DNA from: Mobula hypostoma
Taxonomy: Eukaryota
Assembly (NCBI RefSeq): GCF_963921235.1
Contig: NC_086102.1
Span: 66,278,001-66,342,000 of the forward strand
DNA length: 64,000 nt
Direction: 5' to 3'
Shown here: positions 1-13,980 of the stretch, in pieces
Layout: the number at the start of each line of letters is the position of its first letter
Position numbering within the stretch: position 1 is the stretch's first letter
Notes under the pieces: generated by a model
Databases searched by the model: none
What the model saw: only the letters and a program-made list of their open reading frames with translations
What the model was told of the DNA's origin: nothing
Program-made: the position numbers and the translations under genes

Positions 1-402
1 ATTGCTGCATAATAGTCTTAAGGAGACATGGAGTTGTGGGAACAATATTAGCATGGATAAAGGGTTCATTAACCAATAGAAGACAGAGATTTTGGGTTAA
101 GTTGGTACTTCGCTGATTGGTGGTCAGTGGTGAGTAGACTGCTACAGGGGTCAGGCTGGGCCTACAACTGTTCATGATATGCATTAATGATTTGGACGAG
201 GAGACCAAGTATATTGTATCTGTTTTCTGATGACACTAAATTTAGTGGAAAAGCAATTTATGCAGCGGATACAGAGAGTCTGCAGTTATATAGATAGGTT
301 ACATGAGTGAGCAAGGGTCTGGCAGATGGAGTACAACATTGGTACATGCAAGGTCATTCAATTTAGAAGGGAAAAAATAGATCAGATTATTAGTTAATGA
401 TG

Positions 403-599
403 GCGTAGTGGCATCAGCACCAGACTTCAGAGCGAAGGCTCCCGAGTTCAAATCCCTTGCATGCTTTCCATCTGTGCTGGGTTGAGTGTCAAGCTAGCAA
501 CTCAGCCTTGTAAAAATAAGAAAGCCTGCTAAAAAAACGCCATCAAAGACAGCATCCCAATGACTCCACTCGGAGTTAAGGGCTTTCTTCTTCTTCTTC
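403..599 (+). mobile_element. tRNA-derived SINE with (CTT)n tail
   Basis: 14-bp TSD attagttaatgatg at 389-402 and 600-613; A box tggcgtagtgg, B box gagttcaaatcc. Confidence 0.85.
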
Positions 600-679
600 A
601 TTAGTTAATGATGAAAGATTGCAACACACTTGTGCAGAGGAACTTGGAAGCGTTTGTGCATGAATCACAGAATGTCGAT

Positions 680-1685
680 TTGAAATAAAGTGGTGGCCAC
701 TGGGAAATCCCACCTGTTATGGTGGACAGAGTAAAGATGTTCAAAGAAGTGATCCACCAATCTACATTAGGTCATCGACGTAAAGGAGGCCCTGGGAGCA
801 TCAGATTTAGTAAATAACCTCGACAGATTTGCAGGTGAAGTGTTGTCTCACCTGAAAGAACTGTTTGGGGCCCTAAATGGTGGTGAGGAAGATCGTGAAG
901 GTGTAGCACTTGTCCTGCTTGCAGAAATAAGTGCCAAGAGGGAGATCGGTGGGGAGGGATGCATGGATAAGGTGTCATGGAGGGAGTGAGCCCTGTAGAA
1001 AGTGGAGAGATGAGGGAGAGAAAGATGTGCTCAGGGCAGATAGCTGGGAAATGGAGGGCAGCAGTGGAAACCCCATTCCTTAAAGGAGGAGGACATATCA
1101 GATGTTCTGGAATGAAAATACTCATCCTGTGAACAGATGCAATGGGGACAGAGAAACGGGAATAGCATTTTTACAAGTGGCAGGATGGGAGGAGGTATAG
1201 TTCAGCCAGCTATGAGACTCAGTAGGTTTATAAAAGATTCAGTAAACAGTCTGTCTGCAGAGACGGAGACAGAGAGATCAAGAAAGGGGAGAAAAGTATC
1301 TGAGATAGACTAAGTAAATTTGAGACCAGGTGGAAGTTGGAGTCAATGTTGAAGAAATTTACAGGCTCAACACAGCTGCAAGAAGCAGCACTAATGCAGT
1401 CAGTCATGTAGGGCAGAAAGAGTTAGAGGGCATGATTAATGTAGGTTTGGATCATGGATTGTTTGGCATAGCCAACAAAAAGGCAGGTATACTCTAGATG
1501 GAGCATATATAGGTGCCCATATATATAGCCTGGGTTTAGAGAAAATGGGAGAAGCTGAAAGAAATTGTTGAGTGAGAGTGCAAGCTCTGCTAACTTGAGG
1601 AGGGAGAGAGGAACTGGGTAAGGTCTGTTGTCTAGAAGGAAATGGAGAGTTACAAGGCCTTCCTGATGGGGCTAGAGGTGTAAAT
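680..1685 (-). mobile_element. Decayed Penelope RT/GIY-YIG fragment inside a CR1 LINE
   Basis: Collinear with ~47870-49070 (e.g. ctcacctgaaagaactgtttggggccc, ggtgcccat, ccttcctgatgggg); many stops and frameshifts. Boundaries approximate. Confidence 0.8.
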
Positions 1686-2312
1686 GGAATTTACACTACT
1701 GTCACTAAAAGGATTTCATTGCCAGAGGAATTTAATTTAAGAGCAATGAAGTTATGCAGCAACTACACGGGGTGCTGATGAGGCCAAATCTCGAGTACTG
1801 TGTGCAGTTATGGTCTACTTATTAGACAAAGGATACACTGGCTTTGGAGGTGGTGCAGAAGAGGTTCACCAGGTTGATTCTGGAGATGAGGGTGTTAGCC
1901 TATGAGGAAAGACTGAGTTTCTTGAGACTATACTCATTAGAATTAAGAAGAATGAGGTAAAACCTTATAGAAACATAAAATTATGAAAGAAATAGATAAA
2001 ATAGAGGCAGGAAAATTATTTCCACTGGCAATTAAGATTAGAACTATGCTCAAGATTCTGGGGAATAGATTTAGAATAGAAGTGAGGAGAAACTGATTTT
2101 CCTAGATAGTAGTGAGTCTGTGGAATTATCTGCCCAGTGAAGCAGTAATGGCTACCTTATTAAATACATTTAAAACATGGATAGATTTCTTCATAACAGA
2201 GGATTTAAGGGTTATGCGGTAAATGCAGATAGGTGGAGCTGAGTCTATGCAGATTAGCTATGATCTTATTGAACGATACAGCAGGATCTTTGGCCTACTC
2301 CTGCTCCTTTAT

Positions 2313-2910
2313 GTGGCCTCCTCTACATCGGTGAGACCCATCATAAATTGGGTACCTCCTTGTTGAGCACCTCCATTTCATCTGCCAAAAGTGGAATTTC
2401 CCAGTAGCCAACCATTTTAATTTCTATTCCCATTCTAATTCAGACGTGTTGTTCCATGGCCTCTGCTTGTACCCTGATGAGGCCACTTTAAGGCTGGAGG
2501 AGCAACACCTTATATTCCGTCCGTATAATCTCCAAACCTGATGGCATGAACATCACTTTCTCCTTCCCGTAAAACATATTTTCCTCCCCTCTTCTCTTCC
2601 CCACTTTGGCCTCTTACCTCTTCTCATTTGCCTATCGCCTCCCCCAGTGACCATCCTTCTTCTCTTTTCCTCATGGTCCACTTACTTCCTCTCCAGCCCT
2701 TTACCTTTCCCACCCACCTGCCTTCACCCTTCAACTTCTCGCTAGCCTCCTTCCCCTCCCCCCACTTTTTTTATTCTGGTATCTTCCTCCTTCCTTTCCA
2801 GTCCTGAAGAAGAGTCTCAGCCCAAAGGATTCACTGTATATTCATTTCCAGGCAGTTGATTTTGCCTGATCTGCTGGTTTTTTTCAAGCATTTTAGGCGT
2901 GTTGCTCTGA
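2313..2910 (+). mobile_element. Decayed Penelope 3' fragment with degenerate hammerhead at ~2800
   Basis: GLLYIGET (ggcctcctctacatcggtgagacc), LEEQHLIF, pyrimidine-rich UTR, gtcctgaagaagagtctcagcccaaa. Confidence 0.8.
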
Positions 2911-5317
2911 ACCTTACGTTCTTCTGTAAATAAATTAAATTAAGGGAATTTAGTATTTGATTTAATTGCATGACTTGACATGGAAATTTCTAGAGGATTA
3001 AACCCAATAGCTTCATCTATTTTGTGGTCGAACTCAGTTATGGCTTTAGTTTGCAACTACTTTACAAATAGGAGGTGCAGAGTATCAGACCAGACACTCA
3101 CTCTTTTGAGTATCAATATTTTTCTCCAGTTAGGCATGAAGCATTCATTCTCTTGATATCACTGTCTTGTTGTGCCATCATATAATGTGCATTCTAAGTT
3201 AACATCAGCCCTCTTATTAAAATATCATATCTATCATCACATTTAGGGACTGTAAACAATTTCAGTTACAATCTTCAGGATCAATTAGCACTAAACATTT
3301 CCAAAAAAACATAATTAGCTGGATTATATATTTTACAAGACTTAATTGTTAATATAATGCAATGATAATTTCTCTGACGTGATCTCAGCAATAACTTATT
3401 GCACCTCACGTGAAGGTTTTATGCCCAGCATGCGTCTCAATGGATGCTTGACCAGCCCAATTTAACTTCTAGCCAATAATTGCTGTTTGTCCAAACATAG
3501 TCATAAGTTTCCTAAAACTAACATTTATAAGTGACGTGGACAGTAATCAAAAGATTATAACAGCTTTATTTAGCCTAATAGCAATTATTTTTCTAAATAG
3601 TTACTTGGGGAAAAAACAAGAGTAAACAAAGAGTCAATGTAGTCATAATTGTTCATCCACTTAGAAGCAGACTTTTACTCAGAATTAGTACAAAAAAAAT
3701 CTTTGTTCAGAGGATAATGAGGACCATGCAGAATGGAACAAAGTTGTAACGTGCACTGATTGACCATTGGTTATAGAAGAACATTAATCCCCTGGCATGA
3801 CAACTAATATGCCTAGTACTCCAGGGAAAAGAATGTGCAGGATTTCTTCTTAAGCTGATCTGCACGTTCACCAAATAACGTTCATCAATGCATTATTTGT
3901 TGCACACAGGTCACCTCAGACGCACCTTAAGGATTAGGAGATGTATAATGGCAAATGGCTCGAGGTTCTCTTTCCAAATCTTAGAATCCAGCTGCAGCTT
4001 TCCAAAGATTTTTTCCCCTAACCTTTGCTGTTGCCATTGAAATTGAGGGGCTAAAAGGACTTGACAACTTTGAAGTTGTTTGCGAATTACTAGTAGCTGA
4101 GCCAAAGTCTGCACCTCCTAAACCAGGTTTATTTTCCAAAGATCAGATGTTCAAATAAAAATGAGAGGCAACACCAAAGGAATATGATTTGTATGCCTCA
4201 TGCCTCAGCACATAATTTTAGAAGTTATCAGTGAGAAAGGATACCATCCAGTAACTGTGTTAGTGTGACACCAGATGTTGACTTTATAGTATGCTATGTA
4301 ATGGTTTGATTTACAGAGGCTTACACAGGAATCCTTAAACAGTACATTAGTCATGTGTACAAAATGATACATTAAGTAAAGATCAGACGAGTTATTAATC
4401 TGCCTCTAAACATCTTTGAAACAGTGGCTTTATCAGGTACCTATGTATCTTGCTTTCTATCCTTTCTAATTCATAATAATATGCGGCTTTGGGGACACAT
4501 CAGAGAAATCAGTTTATTAATATGGGAAAATCTGCTACCAGAAATACCGCTAACAATCTACGCTGGTGATTTTAAGATCTTGCTGTGTTTGAAGACCTCT
4601 ACAGATAATAGTACCCTCATTCTTATGGTAAGCTCATGGTTCCACAGGGAATGGAGATCTGCTGAACATATCAGGCATTTCAATAATTCTCTGCCTGTGC
4701 ACTACAAAGGGAGTAATGAAATGTAGTGGAAGTCAGACGCCAGTAGGTTGGATATTTCACTGTGTCTGAGGTGGTTCCATGAGATCATGAGCCGAGTGGT
4801 TGGATCGGCTTCTTGTTCAGCCAATTCATTTGAATGGACAGACTAATTTTCATTCAAGGGTCAGTGCTTCATTTTCTTTCAGCTATGTGACAGTGACACA
4901 GCAGGTGAGCCTGTTGCTGTACAGCTCCGTCCACCCGGGTTCAAGATGGATCTCAGATGCTGTCCGCATGTACTTTAATGTTTTCTCTGTGACCATAATG
5001 GCTTGCCTTGGCTGGTTCAGCTTCCTTCCACATCCGAGAGGCCAGCTGGTAGGTAGATTAACTTGTTTCTGTTCATTATTCTTCACATCACTAGACGTGA
5101 AGAAGTCAAATTGGAGTCGATAGGCACATAATGGAGAATTGGTGACAGGGAAATCAATGGGGATGTGGAAAAACTCTGAGATCTGGCATTGACCTCACCT
5201 CAAATGATTCCTGATGGGCCTGATGGCATCCTTCTATGTTCTTGGAAAATATGCGCAATATAAAAATAACAGAATTAACGTGCCTAATTTGCATTTAATT
5301 TAAATTCACCTGCCAAT

Positions 5318-5947
5318 CTACTGGGGTTGTCCGTTGCGCCCAGTATTCCTGATGTGGCCTCCTCCACACTGGTGAGACCCATTGTAAATTGGGGGACTAG
5401 TTCCTTGAGCGGCTCCATCCATCCACCAAAAGCAGAACTTCCCGCTGGTCAAACATCTTAATTCCCATTCCCATTTCAACATGTTGGTCCATGACCTCCT
5501 CTTGTGTGAAGATGAGGCCACCCTCAAGGTGGAGAAGCATCACCTTATTTTCCATCTGGGTAGCCCTAAACTGATGGTGTAATTTCTCCTCCAGTTAAAA
5601 AAAATCCTTCCTCCTCCTCTCTTCTTCTGTTCCCCACTCTGGCCTCCGACCACTTCTCACCTGCCTCTCACCTTCCCCTGGGTCCCCTCCCCCTTCCCTT
5701 TCTCCTATGGTCCACTCTCCTCTCCTATTAGATTCCTTCCTCTCCAATCCTTTATCTTTTCTGCACACCTGGTTTCGCCCATCACCTTCTAGCTGCCCTC
5801 CTTCCTCTCCCCCCATCTTTTTATTCTAGCATCTTCCCCCCTTCCTTTCTGGTCCTGAAAAAGTGTCTTGGCCTGAAATTTCTACTGTTTATTTATTTCC
5901 ATAGATGCTACCTGAACTGCTGAGTTCCTCCAGCATTTTGTGTGTGT
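5318..5947 (+). mobile_element. Decayed Penelope 3' fragment with degenerate hammerhead at ~5850
   Basis: Same GIY-YIG C-terminus and UTR; ggtcctgaaaaagtgtcttggcctgaaa; gatgctacctgaactgctgagttcctccagca. Confidence 0.8.
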
Positions 5948-7424
5948 TTTCTTATATAACAGTGTTTACAGCCATGTAACTGCTTCAGAGTGGCACACCT
6001 CACAGATCACAGAGCATTGGCAGTAACACATCTACACCAGGTTAGTCTGATTACTGGCATCCTGCAAAAGGCAGACACAGACACAATCCAACCCCACACT
6101 GTAACAGCCAATAGATGGTATAAACAAAGCTAAAAGAAAGCAATGAGATTTCTGCAATACCATTTTCAAATGAAATATGACATTATTGAGTCACTTAGCC
6201 CAGAAAAGTAGCGAGTTCTCAAAACATCAAAGATCCAGCAAAATGTTTTACTTTTAGCAGCTTTCTTCTTGTAGCAATCCAGTTTTCTCCCAGATGAATG
6301 GCTTCTAGTAAAAGCTGATTTTCTTTCTCTTTTCCCTTTTTATTTGTCCTATTTTTGTACTTCCCAATCAAATTAGCACGTATCTAGAAAGGGCAGTCTC
6401 TCTATTCACAGTGCAAAACAAAGATTTATCCCAAAGGTACTTGCTTAATCATCTTCATTCTGCACCCCATGGTTCCAAAGAAACACTTTTTCCGTCTACT
6501 TTATCTGTACCTTTTGTAGTCAAATCTCTTTTCAACCTGCCCACTTGCAATGGTAACAACCTAAATTTCCCCACTCCATCAATTTAACTAAAGTTCTTTA
6601 TTGCAGGAACCATCCAGTAAATCGCTCTGCACCCTTTCACAGGCCTTCACACTATTCTGAAAGTGCAGTAACCAGAATTGGAGTCAAAACTTCAGTTATG
6701 ATCCAAATTGAGTTTTATACAGAGATATGACTTTCCTGCTCTTTAATGTTGTGCCCCCATTTATAAAGCTCAGGCTCTCATATGCTTTATTAACTTCTTT
6801 TGCATACGACCCAGCCACCTTCCACAATTTACCCATGTCTACGGACTGATAGATAACACTATTCCTATGTTGAATTTCATCTGACACATCTTCATGCACT
6901 TCATCAGCTTTACCAAATTAATTATCATCCTCCTCATGATTCACCATGCTTCTAAGTTCAAAGTCAACTGCAGCAATAGCGCCTTGTACATCCAAGATAT
7001 TAATATACAAGAAGCCTTTTATCTTGATGACAGATCTGTTATGACAACCCACCTCCCATAACTGGGCCTCATCAAAAAACACTTTATCACATAAGTTAAA
7101 CATGATTTCCCTTTAATAAATATATTGTGGCTTTCTTTAATCATTCAGCATTTGCACAAGTGACTGCCGATTCTCTCCTCGATAATCTCTAAAATTTTAC
7201 CCACAAATGATGTTAAACTAACCCGTCTGCAATTGCTGGATTTGTATAAACATTATATTCACAAGTGTGGAATGTTTGTAGTTTACTAATTTTGAGATAT
7301 CATCTGGAGATTGTGGCTAATAACTCCAAAATTTCCATCCTTTCTTCCATAAGCAACCCAAGATGTATCCCATTTGCACTGAGTGAATCCAGCAGTATTT
7401 TCTACCTTGTTTAAACCAGCCACA

Positions 7425-9080
7425 CTCAAATGAATTGAATTGACTTTATTACTTAAATCCTTCATGTACATGAAGAGTAAAAATCTTTACATTACATCTG
7501 TCTAAATGTGCAATTTGCAATTATAATAATTTATAATAAATATTATGTACAACAGGATGGTAAATATAACATAGAAATACAGTTGTATAAGCATGAATTA
7601 ATCAGTCTGATGGCCTGGTGGAAGAAGCTGTCCCAGAGCCTGTTGGTCCTGATTTTTATGCTGCGGTACCATTTCCCAGATGGTGGCAGCTGGAACAGTT
7701 GATGGTTGGGGTGACTCGGGACCCCAATGATCTTTCAGGCCCTTTTTACACACCTGCCTTTGTAAATATCCTGAATAATGGGAAGTTCACATCTACAGAT
7801 GCGCTGGGCTGTCCGCACCACTCTCTGCAGAGTCCTGCGATTAAGGGAGGTACAGTTCCCATACCAGGCAGTGATACAGCCAGTCAGGATGCTCTCAATT
7901 GTGCCCCTATAGAAAGATCTTAGAATTTGGGGGGGGGGCCATACCAAACTTCCTCAACCATCTGAGGTGAAAGAGGCACTACTGTGCCTTTTTCACCACG
8001 CAGTCAGGATGTACAGACCACGTGAGATCCTCGGTGATGTGGATGTCAAGGAACTTAAAGCTGTTCACCCTCTCAACCCCAGATCCATTGATGTCTATAG
8101 GGGTTAGCCTGTCTCCATTCCTCCTGTAGTCCACAACCAACTCCTTTGTTTTTGCAACATTGAGGGAGAGAAGTAGAGGGGGCTTAGTACACAGCCATGA
8201 GAGGCACCTGTGTTGACAGTCAGGGGGCAGAGGTGAGGTTTCCCCCTTCTACTACCTGTCAGCAATCTGACAGGAAACCCAGAATCCAGCTACACAAGGC
8301 AGGGTAAAGGCCGAGGTCTCTGAGCTTCTTGTCAAGCCTGGAAGGTATTATGGAATTGAATGCTGAACTGTAGCCCAAGAGCAGCATTCTCACATAAGCA
8401 TCCCTCTTCTCCACATGTTTAAGGAAGGTGTGTAGAGCAGTGGCTATTGCGTCATCTGTCAGTCGATTGTGTCGGTAGGCAAATTGTAGGGTGTCCAGTT
8501 TGGGTGTTTGTATGCTGAAGATGTAGTCCATGACCAGCCTCTCAAAGCATTTGCTTATTATTGAGGTGAGTGCGACAGGACACCAGTTGTTCAGACATGC
8601 TACCTTGGTCTTTTTAGGTATAGAAACAATGGTGGATGCTTTGAAGCAGGAGGACACTCTACATTGGGAGAGGGAGAGATTAAAAATGTCTGTAAGCACG
8701 CCTGTTGTGCCATGCAGATCCTGAGTACTCGCCCTGCGACGCCATCCGGTCCTGTGGCCTTGCGACTTCCACCCATTGGAAACACCTGCGTACTTCAGCT
8801 TCAGAGATGACTAAACTGCTGGTCGCATCATCTGCAGGTCTCCTCAGGGGCTCAGTATTGGTGACATCGAATCGAGCGTAAAAAAAATTTTGCTCATCTG
8901 GGAGAGAGGCATCGATGTTGGAAACTCCACTGCGTTTAGCTTTGAAGTCTGTGATGGTGTGCAGACTTTGCCATAAGCTGCGTGTGCTGTTGGTGGATAG
9001 TTGAGTCTGAATCTTCTCTCTGTATTGTTGTTTCGCTGCTTTGATGACTTTGCACAGATTGTAGCTGCATTTCTCACATC
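7425..9080 (-). mobile_element. Rex1/Babar-type LINE, 5'-truncated and frameshifted
   Basis: KATGPDGV, DIFNLSL, PVALTSIISKCFERLV, QFAY, YSSAFNSI, FYRGTIESILTGCITAWYGNC; aataaa near the 3' end. Confidence 0.88.
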
Positions 9081-9311
9081 TTCATTTTAGTCCCTGATCA
9101 GCACAAACTTTTGTTTTTATTCAATATTTCAGTTCACGTGTTTGGCAAAGGTATATAGATCCCATTTCCAAGTTTACAGTATGAGTTTCTTTTAAATCAT
9201 TTATCCTTTTTGCTTCCTTTGCTTCAATTTTTACTTTCTATATTCATCCTGGTTTTTACTCGTGTTAATAAGTTGACTCCTAACACATGGCCTTTCTTTC
9301 TGCTTTATTTT

Positions 9312-9470
9312 AAACACAAAATACTCTGCAGATGCCGGGGTCAAAGCAACACTCACAACACGCTGGAGGAACTCAGCAGGTTGGGCAGCATCCGTGGAAA
9401 CGATCAGTCAACGTTTCGGCCACAGATGCTGCCCGACCTGCTGAGTTCCTCCAGCGTGTTGTGAGTGTTG
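9312..9470. mobile_element. Short palindromic insertion from a second Penelope subfamily
   Basis: 12-bp TSD ctgctttatttt at 9300-9311 and 9471-9482. Inverted arms caacactcacaacacgctggaggaactcagcagg / cctgctgagttcctccagcgtgttgtgagtgttg. Only the GAAACGTT half of the hammerhead remains. Confidence 0.85.
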
Positions 9471-9778
9471 CTGCTTTATTTTGTTCTTCTTCATGGAAAT
9501 ATAAATAGACTCTAATAAAACCAACTTCTCCTTCAGTGAAATACCAACTTTGATTCCAATTTTCTATAATCATCCCTTTAAACAGGCCTGCCCTAAGTAA
9601 ATATTGTTACCGAGGAGTGAGCCTTACTCTATTCCACTGCAATGCTAAATCTCATCTTACTATGACCACCGCTAATTCAATTTTCCACCTTATTCACCAG
9701 AAACAAGTTTGACATTCTTCCTTACTCATTCACCTGATTTTTCCGTTCCCTAGCTTTCTTTAAAAGCTTAGTACATGG

Positions 9779-12048
9779 CAGTGATTCCCAATGGGGTTGC
9801 TCCCCGCCAAGGGGGCGGTTGCATGTCCTAAGTGGGCATTATGGGAAATAGAAGTCATCAGGGGGCATTCAAGATTCTTGGGGGGGGGAGAAGTGGGGTG
9901 GTAAGCAGCACCCCAACTTGAAGCACAAGACCTGATTGACCATGTTAACTCACTGCCATTGTCAACATCCAAAAGGCCTTCCCAGTTTGTCTTAATTTTA
10001 TATTTCAGTTTAGCCCCGTTAATGATGGATAAGTAAGCATGACACGATCTCTATGATTCTGAAGGGGGTGAAGCCTTGAATTCTGCTGAGAACCAGAAAC
10101 TACAGGAGGTGCATCAATACAATGTTACATAGCTGGAGCATAGATTTATTCCGTTCCCATCAGATCAGTGACGCCCCATGTGTCTTATTCGTAATACTAT
10201 ACTGTCTAATGAAGCCATGAAACCATCAAGATTTCAGGAACACTTCCATAAAATACACCCTGAAAAGGCTATTTATGGTATTATCCAGTTCCATAAGATG
10301 AAAGAAGCAATTGAAAAGCATTGCACACTCAAGTCATTTGCCAAGAAAGCTAAAAATGACCTTGATAGTGGTCTCATTGCTTCTTATAACATTTCCAAAA
10401 TGATAGCAATGTGTGGAAAATCTCAGACAACTGGTGAAAGATTAATATTGCCTGCTGTATCAGAAGTGCTCACCATTGTTCTCAAAACAGATACCAGTAT
10501 TTTAAAATCAATTCCTTTGAGTAATAACTCTACAGCTCATCGTAGTGATGAGTGAAGGCATTGAGTATCGACTATGCACAGAGCTACAAAAAACTGAATT
10601 TGAATACAAATGGATGAGTCAACTGTGCAAGACAAGGCATTGCTAATGGCATATATATGGTTTATCAAAAATGGAGAAGTTTATGAAGAGCTTCTCTTTT
10701 GTGAAAAGAAAAAACAAGTATCGGCGGAGAATCAATCTACGATGAGCTCAAAATATTTATTGAGGGTAAAAGTATTCCGATTAGGAAGAAGATTTCTTAT
10801 GCTACAGATGGAGCAACATTTATGACAGGTCATCAGGCTGGTTTAGTGGCATTTATAAAAAAAAGAGATTCCAAGTCTGTTTGTAATCCATTGTGTAATT
10901 CATCATCAATATCTCGCAGCCAAAACCTCAGCCAGTGACTTATTTCAATCATAACTCTTGTGATATCTGCTGTCAACAAAATTAAAGCTCATCCATTAAA
11001 TAGCAGAATATTTCGCCAGTTATGCCAGGAAAATGATGAAGAGTTTGAATGCCTGTTTCTTCACACTGAAGTGCTTTGGCTGTCAAATAGCTGCTGCTTA
11101 AAACACTTCTTTGACCTTTCTGACACGTGGTTGAATTTTTGCTCAGTCGACAAGAGCTTCGGAAACAAAATTTAACTTCTACATGGAGATGTACCATACC
11201 TAGCCAATCTGTATGACAATATGAACACTCTAATTATGAAAATGTAGGGCGAGCATTTGAATTTAATTCAGACAAAATGTGCAGTGTTTACTTTCATCAG
11301 AAAATTGGAAATATATAAGCACCACATTGGGACAAGAATGTTCTCACAGTTACCCTACATGGAAAGTATGGCACTCTCTTTCACAGACAGTGACTTGCAA
11401 AAGTACTGTTTACACCCACAGTAACTGAAGAAGGATTTTCAGAATCAATTCAAAGATTTGAATGATCTGGAAATTCCAGAATGGGTAATTAACCCATTTC
11501 TTTACAAGGTGGAAGAACAGGAGGAGAGCTTCCAAGAAGAAATTATCGAAATTCAGAATGATGAAGCAGCAAAAATTCTTTTCAAAAACGTCGGTTTTGG
11601 TAGTATGTGGCTACACTGTCATACGAAGTTTTCTGGTCTTTGGAAAAGAGCCAGTCTGCCCTTCATTGCATTTTTATCCTCCTACCTTTTTCAAAGCGGT
11701 TTCAGTGCAGTGAACCACATACTAAAAAAAATCCCAGAAAACACTTGAACATTGTCATGCATGGGGACCTAAGGCTTTTCCTGTCACAACTTGAACCAGG
11801 TATTTCAACACGTGCTAAAAAGATCACATTGATATCAAAGCTGCTGTAGAGCACACCAGTACTGTGTAAGTTTAAAGACAAATAAAAATTTAAAGCAGAA
11901 ATCATGTTTCTCATTTTAGCATATGGCAGACATGTTTATACACTATGGGGACACCGGAAAGTATATTGTGCCTAAGAGTGGCATTGGAAAGTATGAAGGT
12001 GCTATGGGGGGGGGGGGGCATTGGGCTAAATAAGGTTGGGAAACACTG
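9779..12048 (+). mobile_element. Near full-length decayed hAT (Charlie/Buster, ZBED5/SCAND3-like) transposon
   Basis: TIRs cagtgattcccaa and ttgggaaacactg. Fragments CLI..ILSNEAMKPSR..EH...H (BED finger), DEST, HCVIH, LHTEVLWLS, SSYL..SGFS. 8-bp flanks gtacatgg/gtgattgg match only 5/8. Confidence 0.88.
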
Positions 12049-12096
12049 GTGATTGGAAATATTTACTACCGAACCTGTTCTTTACAAGCAAATAAA

Positions 12097-12479
12097 CAGT
12101 CAGTGACCACTTTATAAGATATACCTATACACTTGCCATTAATCCAAATAACTAATCAGCCAGTCATGTGGCAGCAACTCAATGCATAAAAGCATGCAGG
12201 CATGGTCAAGAGGTTCAGTTGTTATTCAGACCAAACATCAGAATAGGGAAGAAATGTGATCTAAGTGACTTTGACCATGCAATGATTGTTGGTGTCAGAC
12301 GGGGTGGTTTCAACATCCCAGAAATTGCTTATCTCCTGGAATTATCATGCACAGTCTTTAGAGTTTACAGAGAATACTGCGAAGAAGTGAATGAGCTACA
12401 GCAGCAAAAGACCATAACCATACACTCAGTGGCCAATTTATTAGGTACAAGTAATACCTAATATAGTGGCTATTGAACG
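12097..12479 (+). mobile_element. Tc1-derived MITE retaining the transposase N-terminal HTH
   Basis: TIR consensus cactcagtggccactttattagg; GKKCDLSDFDHAMIVGVRRGG; extra internal TIR at ~12423. Confidence 0.82.
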
Positions 12480-13344
12480 TATATCCTTTCCCTCTCAACA
12501 ACCTGTGTTCGATGGAATTAGATACTACTGAAACAGTATATGTTATATAATAGTTCCAAATTATAAAAATTATTGTCCAAATGCAGTTTGCATCTTGAGA
12601 AATGGTGAAATAGGAGCTTAGAGAGATGTCCAAACTCATCTCTGACCAAGTTTTTTAGGCAAATTACGGAATTATATTAATTAATTAAAGCTGGACCTCA
12701 AATCAATGAATTGATAATATCTGATTAATTCAGGAGTTCTGTTCATCACAATGTTAAAAGCTGCAAAGAGGAGTTCCAGTCTTAATCAGGATGATTCAAT
12801 AAATTAATTCCAATTTTATTGTAGCAAATTTTGGAATCTTTGCAACAGCATGCACATAATCTGTGTCTATTGATAGGCTGTAATTATTCAATCAATTGAG
12901 CAATTATCACTATATGCAGCACTGCTGTAGTGAAACTCCATTAGCTGCTGTAAAGTATTTCCACAGGGATAGTAACATGAATCATTATTGTTTTAGCTGC
13001 TGTATCAGCAGGGTGCTCTCCCTCACAAGCCTAAGTGCGCCCGATCTTCTTTTTTAATTTCCACTAACTTCAATGAAAGCAATGAGTGGCAAATTGCCAC
13101 ATGAAGTGTACTCTAGAAACTTACAGAATTCGCTAACCTTAAATAGCTCTAGTATTTTCTGAAAGCTGCAATACTGTTGAGAACATCCAAATAACCATTT
13201 TCAAATACACAATAGGTTCCTTTCAAATGTTTTTTAACTTTAAAGGGATAACTTCTGTCAGTTCAATTATCTCCCTTTCACCATTCAGGCTGAAATTTGT
13301 TGAATCTGCACCCGATTCTACACAGGATCCTCTGATGCTCTGGT

Positions 13345-13980
13345 CATCAGAACCAGATTTATTGCCATTGACACGTATCATGAAATTTGTTGTTTTGCAG
13401 TACATACAATAAGTTACAACTTGAAGAAATAAGTAGTGCAAAAAGAAAGCAAAATAGGTCGTATTCATGGACAGTTCAGAAATCATGGACAGTGGAGAGG
13501 AAGAAGCTGTTCCTAAAGTTTTGAGTGTCTATCTTCGGGCTCTTCTCTGATGATAGCAATGAGAAAAGGGCATGTCCTGGATTGAGAGGGTCCTTAATGA
13601 TAGATGCCAACTTCTCCTTGATGGAGGGGAGACGAGTGCTCTTGATGGAGCTGGCTGAGTTTACAATCCTCTGCAGGTTTTTCTGATGCTGTGCATTTTT
13701 ACCTCTATTCCAGATGGGGATGCAGCCAGTCAGAATGGGGAAATTTACCAGTCTTCAGTGACATACTAAATCTCCTCAAACTCTTCGTGAAATATAACCA
13801 CCAGTGTGTCTTCTTCATCTGTTGGGATCAGGATCGATCTTCACACATATTGACATCCAGGAACTTGAAACTGCTCACTCTTTCCACTGCTGGCCCCTTG
13901 ATGAGGACTGCTGTATGTTGTCCCAACTTCCCCTTCCTGGTCCACAATCAATTCCTTTTTCTTACTGAGGTTAAGTGAAG
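13345..13980 (-). mobile_element. Rex1-type LINE 3' fragment
   Basis: Shares ggaagaagctgttcctaa and ggaacttgaaactgctcactct with the other Rex1 copies. Confidence 0.7.

Larger units (their letters stand above)
1..2310 (+). mobile_element. Decayed CR1-type LINE 3' part, interrupted by a SINE and a Penelope fragment
   Basis: RT motifs WI..., P/LQGS.LGL.LF.I.INDLD, FSDDTK; later RPNLEYCVQLWS and a CR1-type 3' UTR (ggcctactcctgctcct). Confidence 0.8.

Noticed and set aside
403-470. Functional tRNA gene
   Set aside because: The A/B boxes are the head of a TSD-flanked SINE; there is no complete cloverleaf or terminator.
10178-11849. Domesticated ZBED5/SCAND3/FAM200-like gene
   Set aside because: Many stops and frameshifts with TIRs retained indicate a dead transposon.
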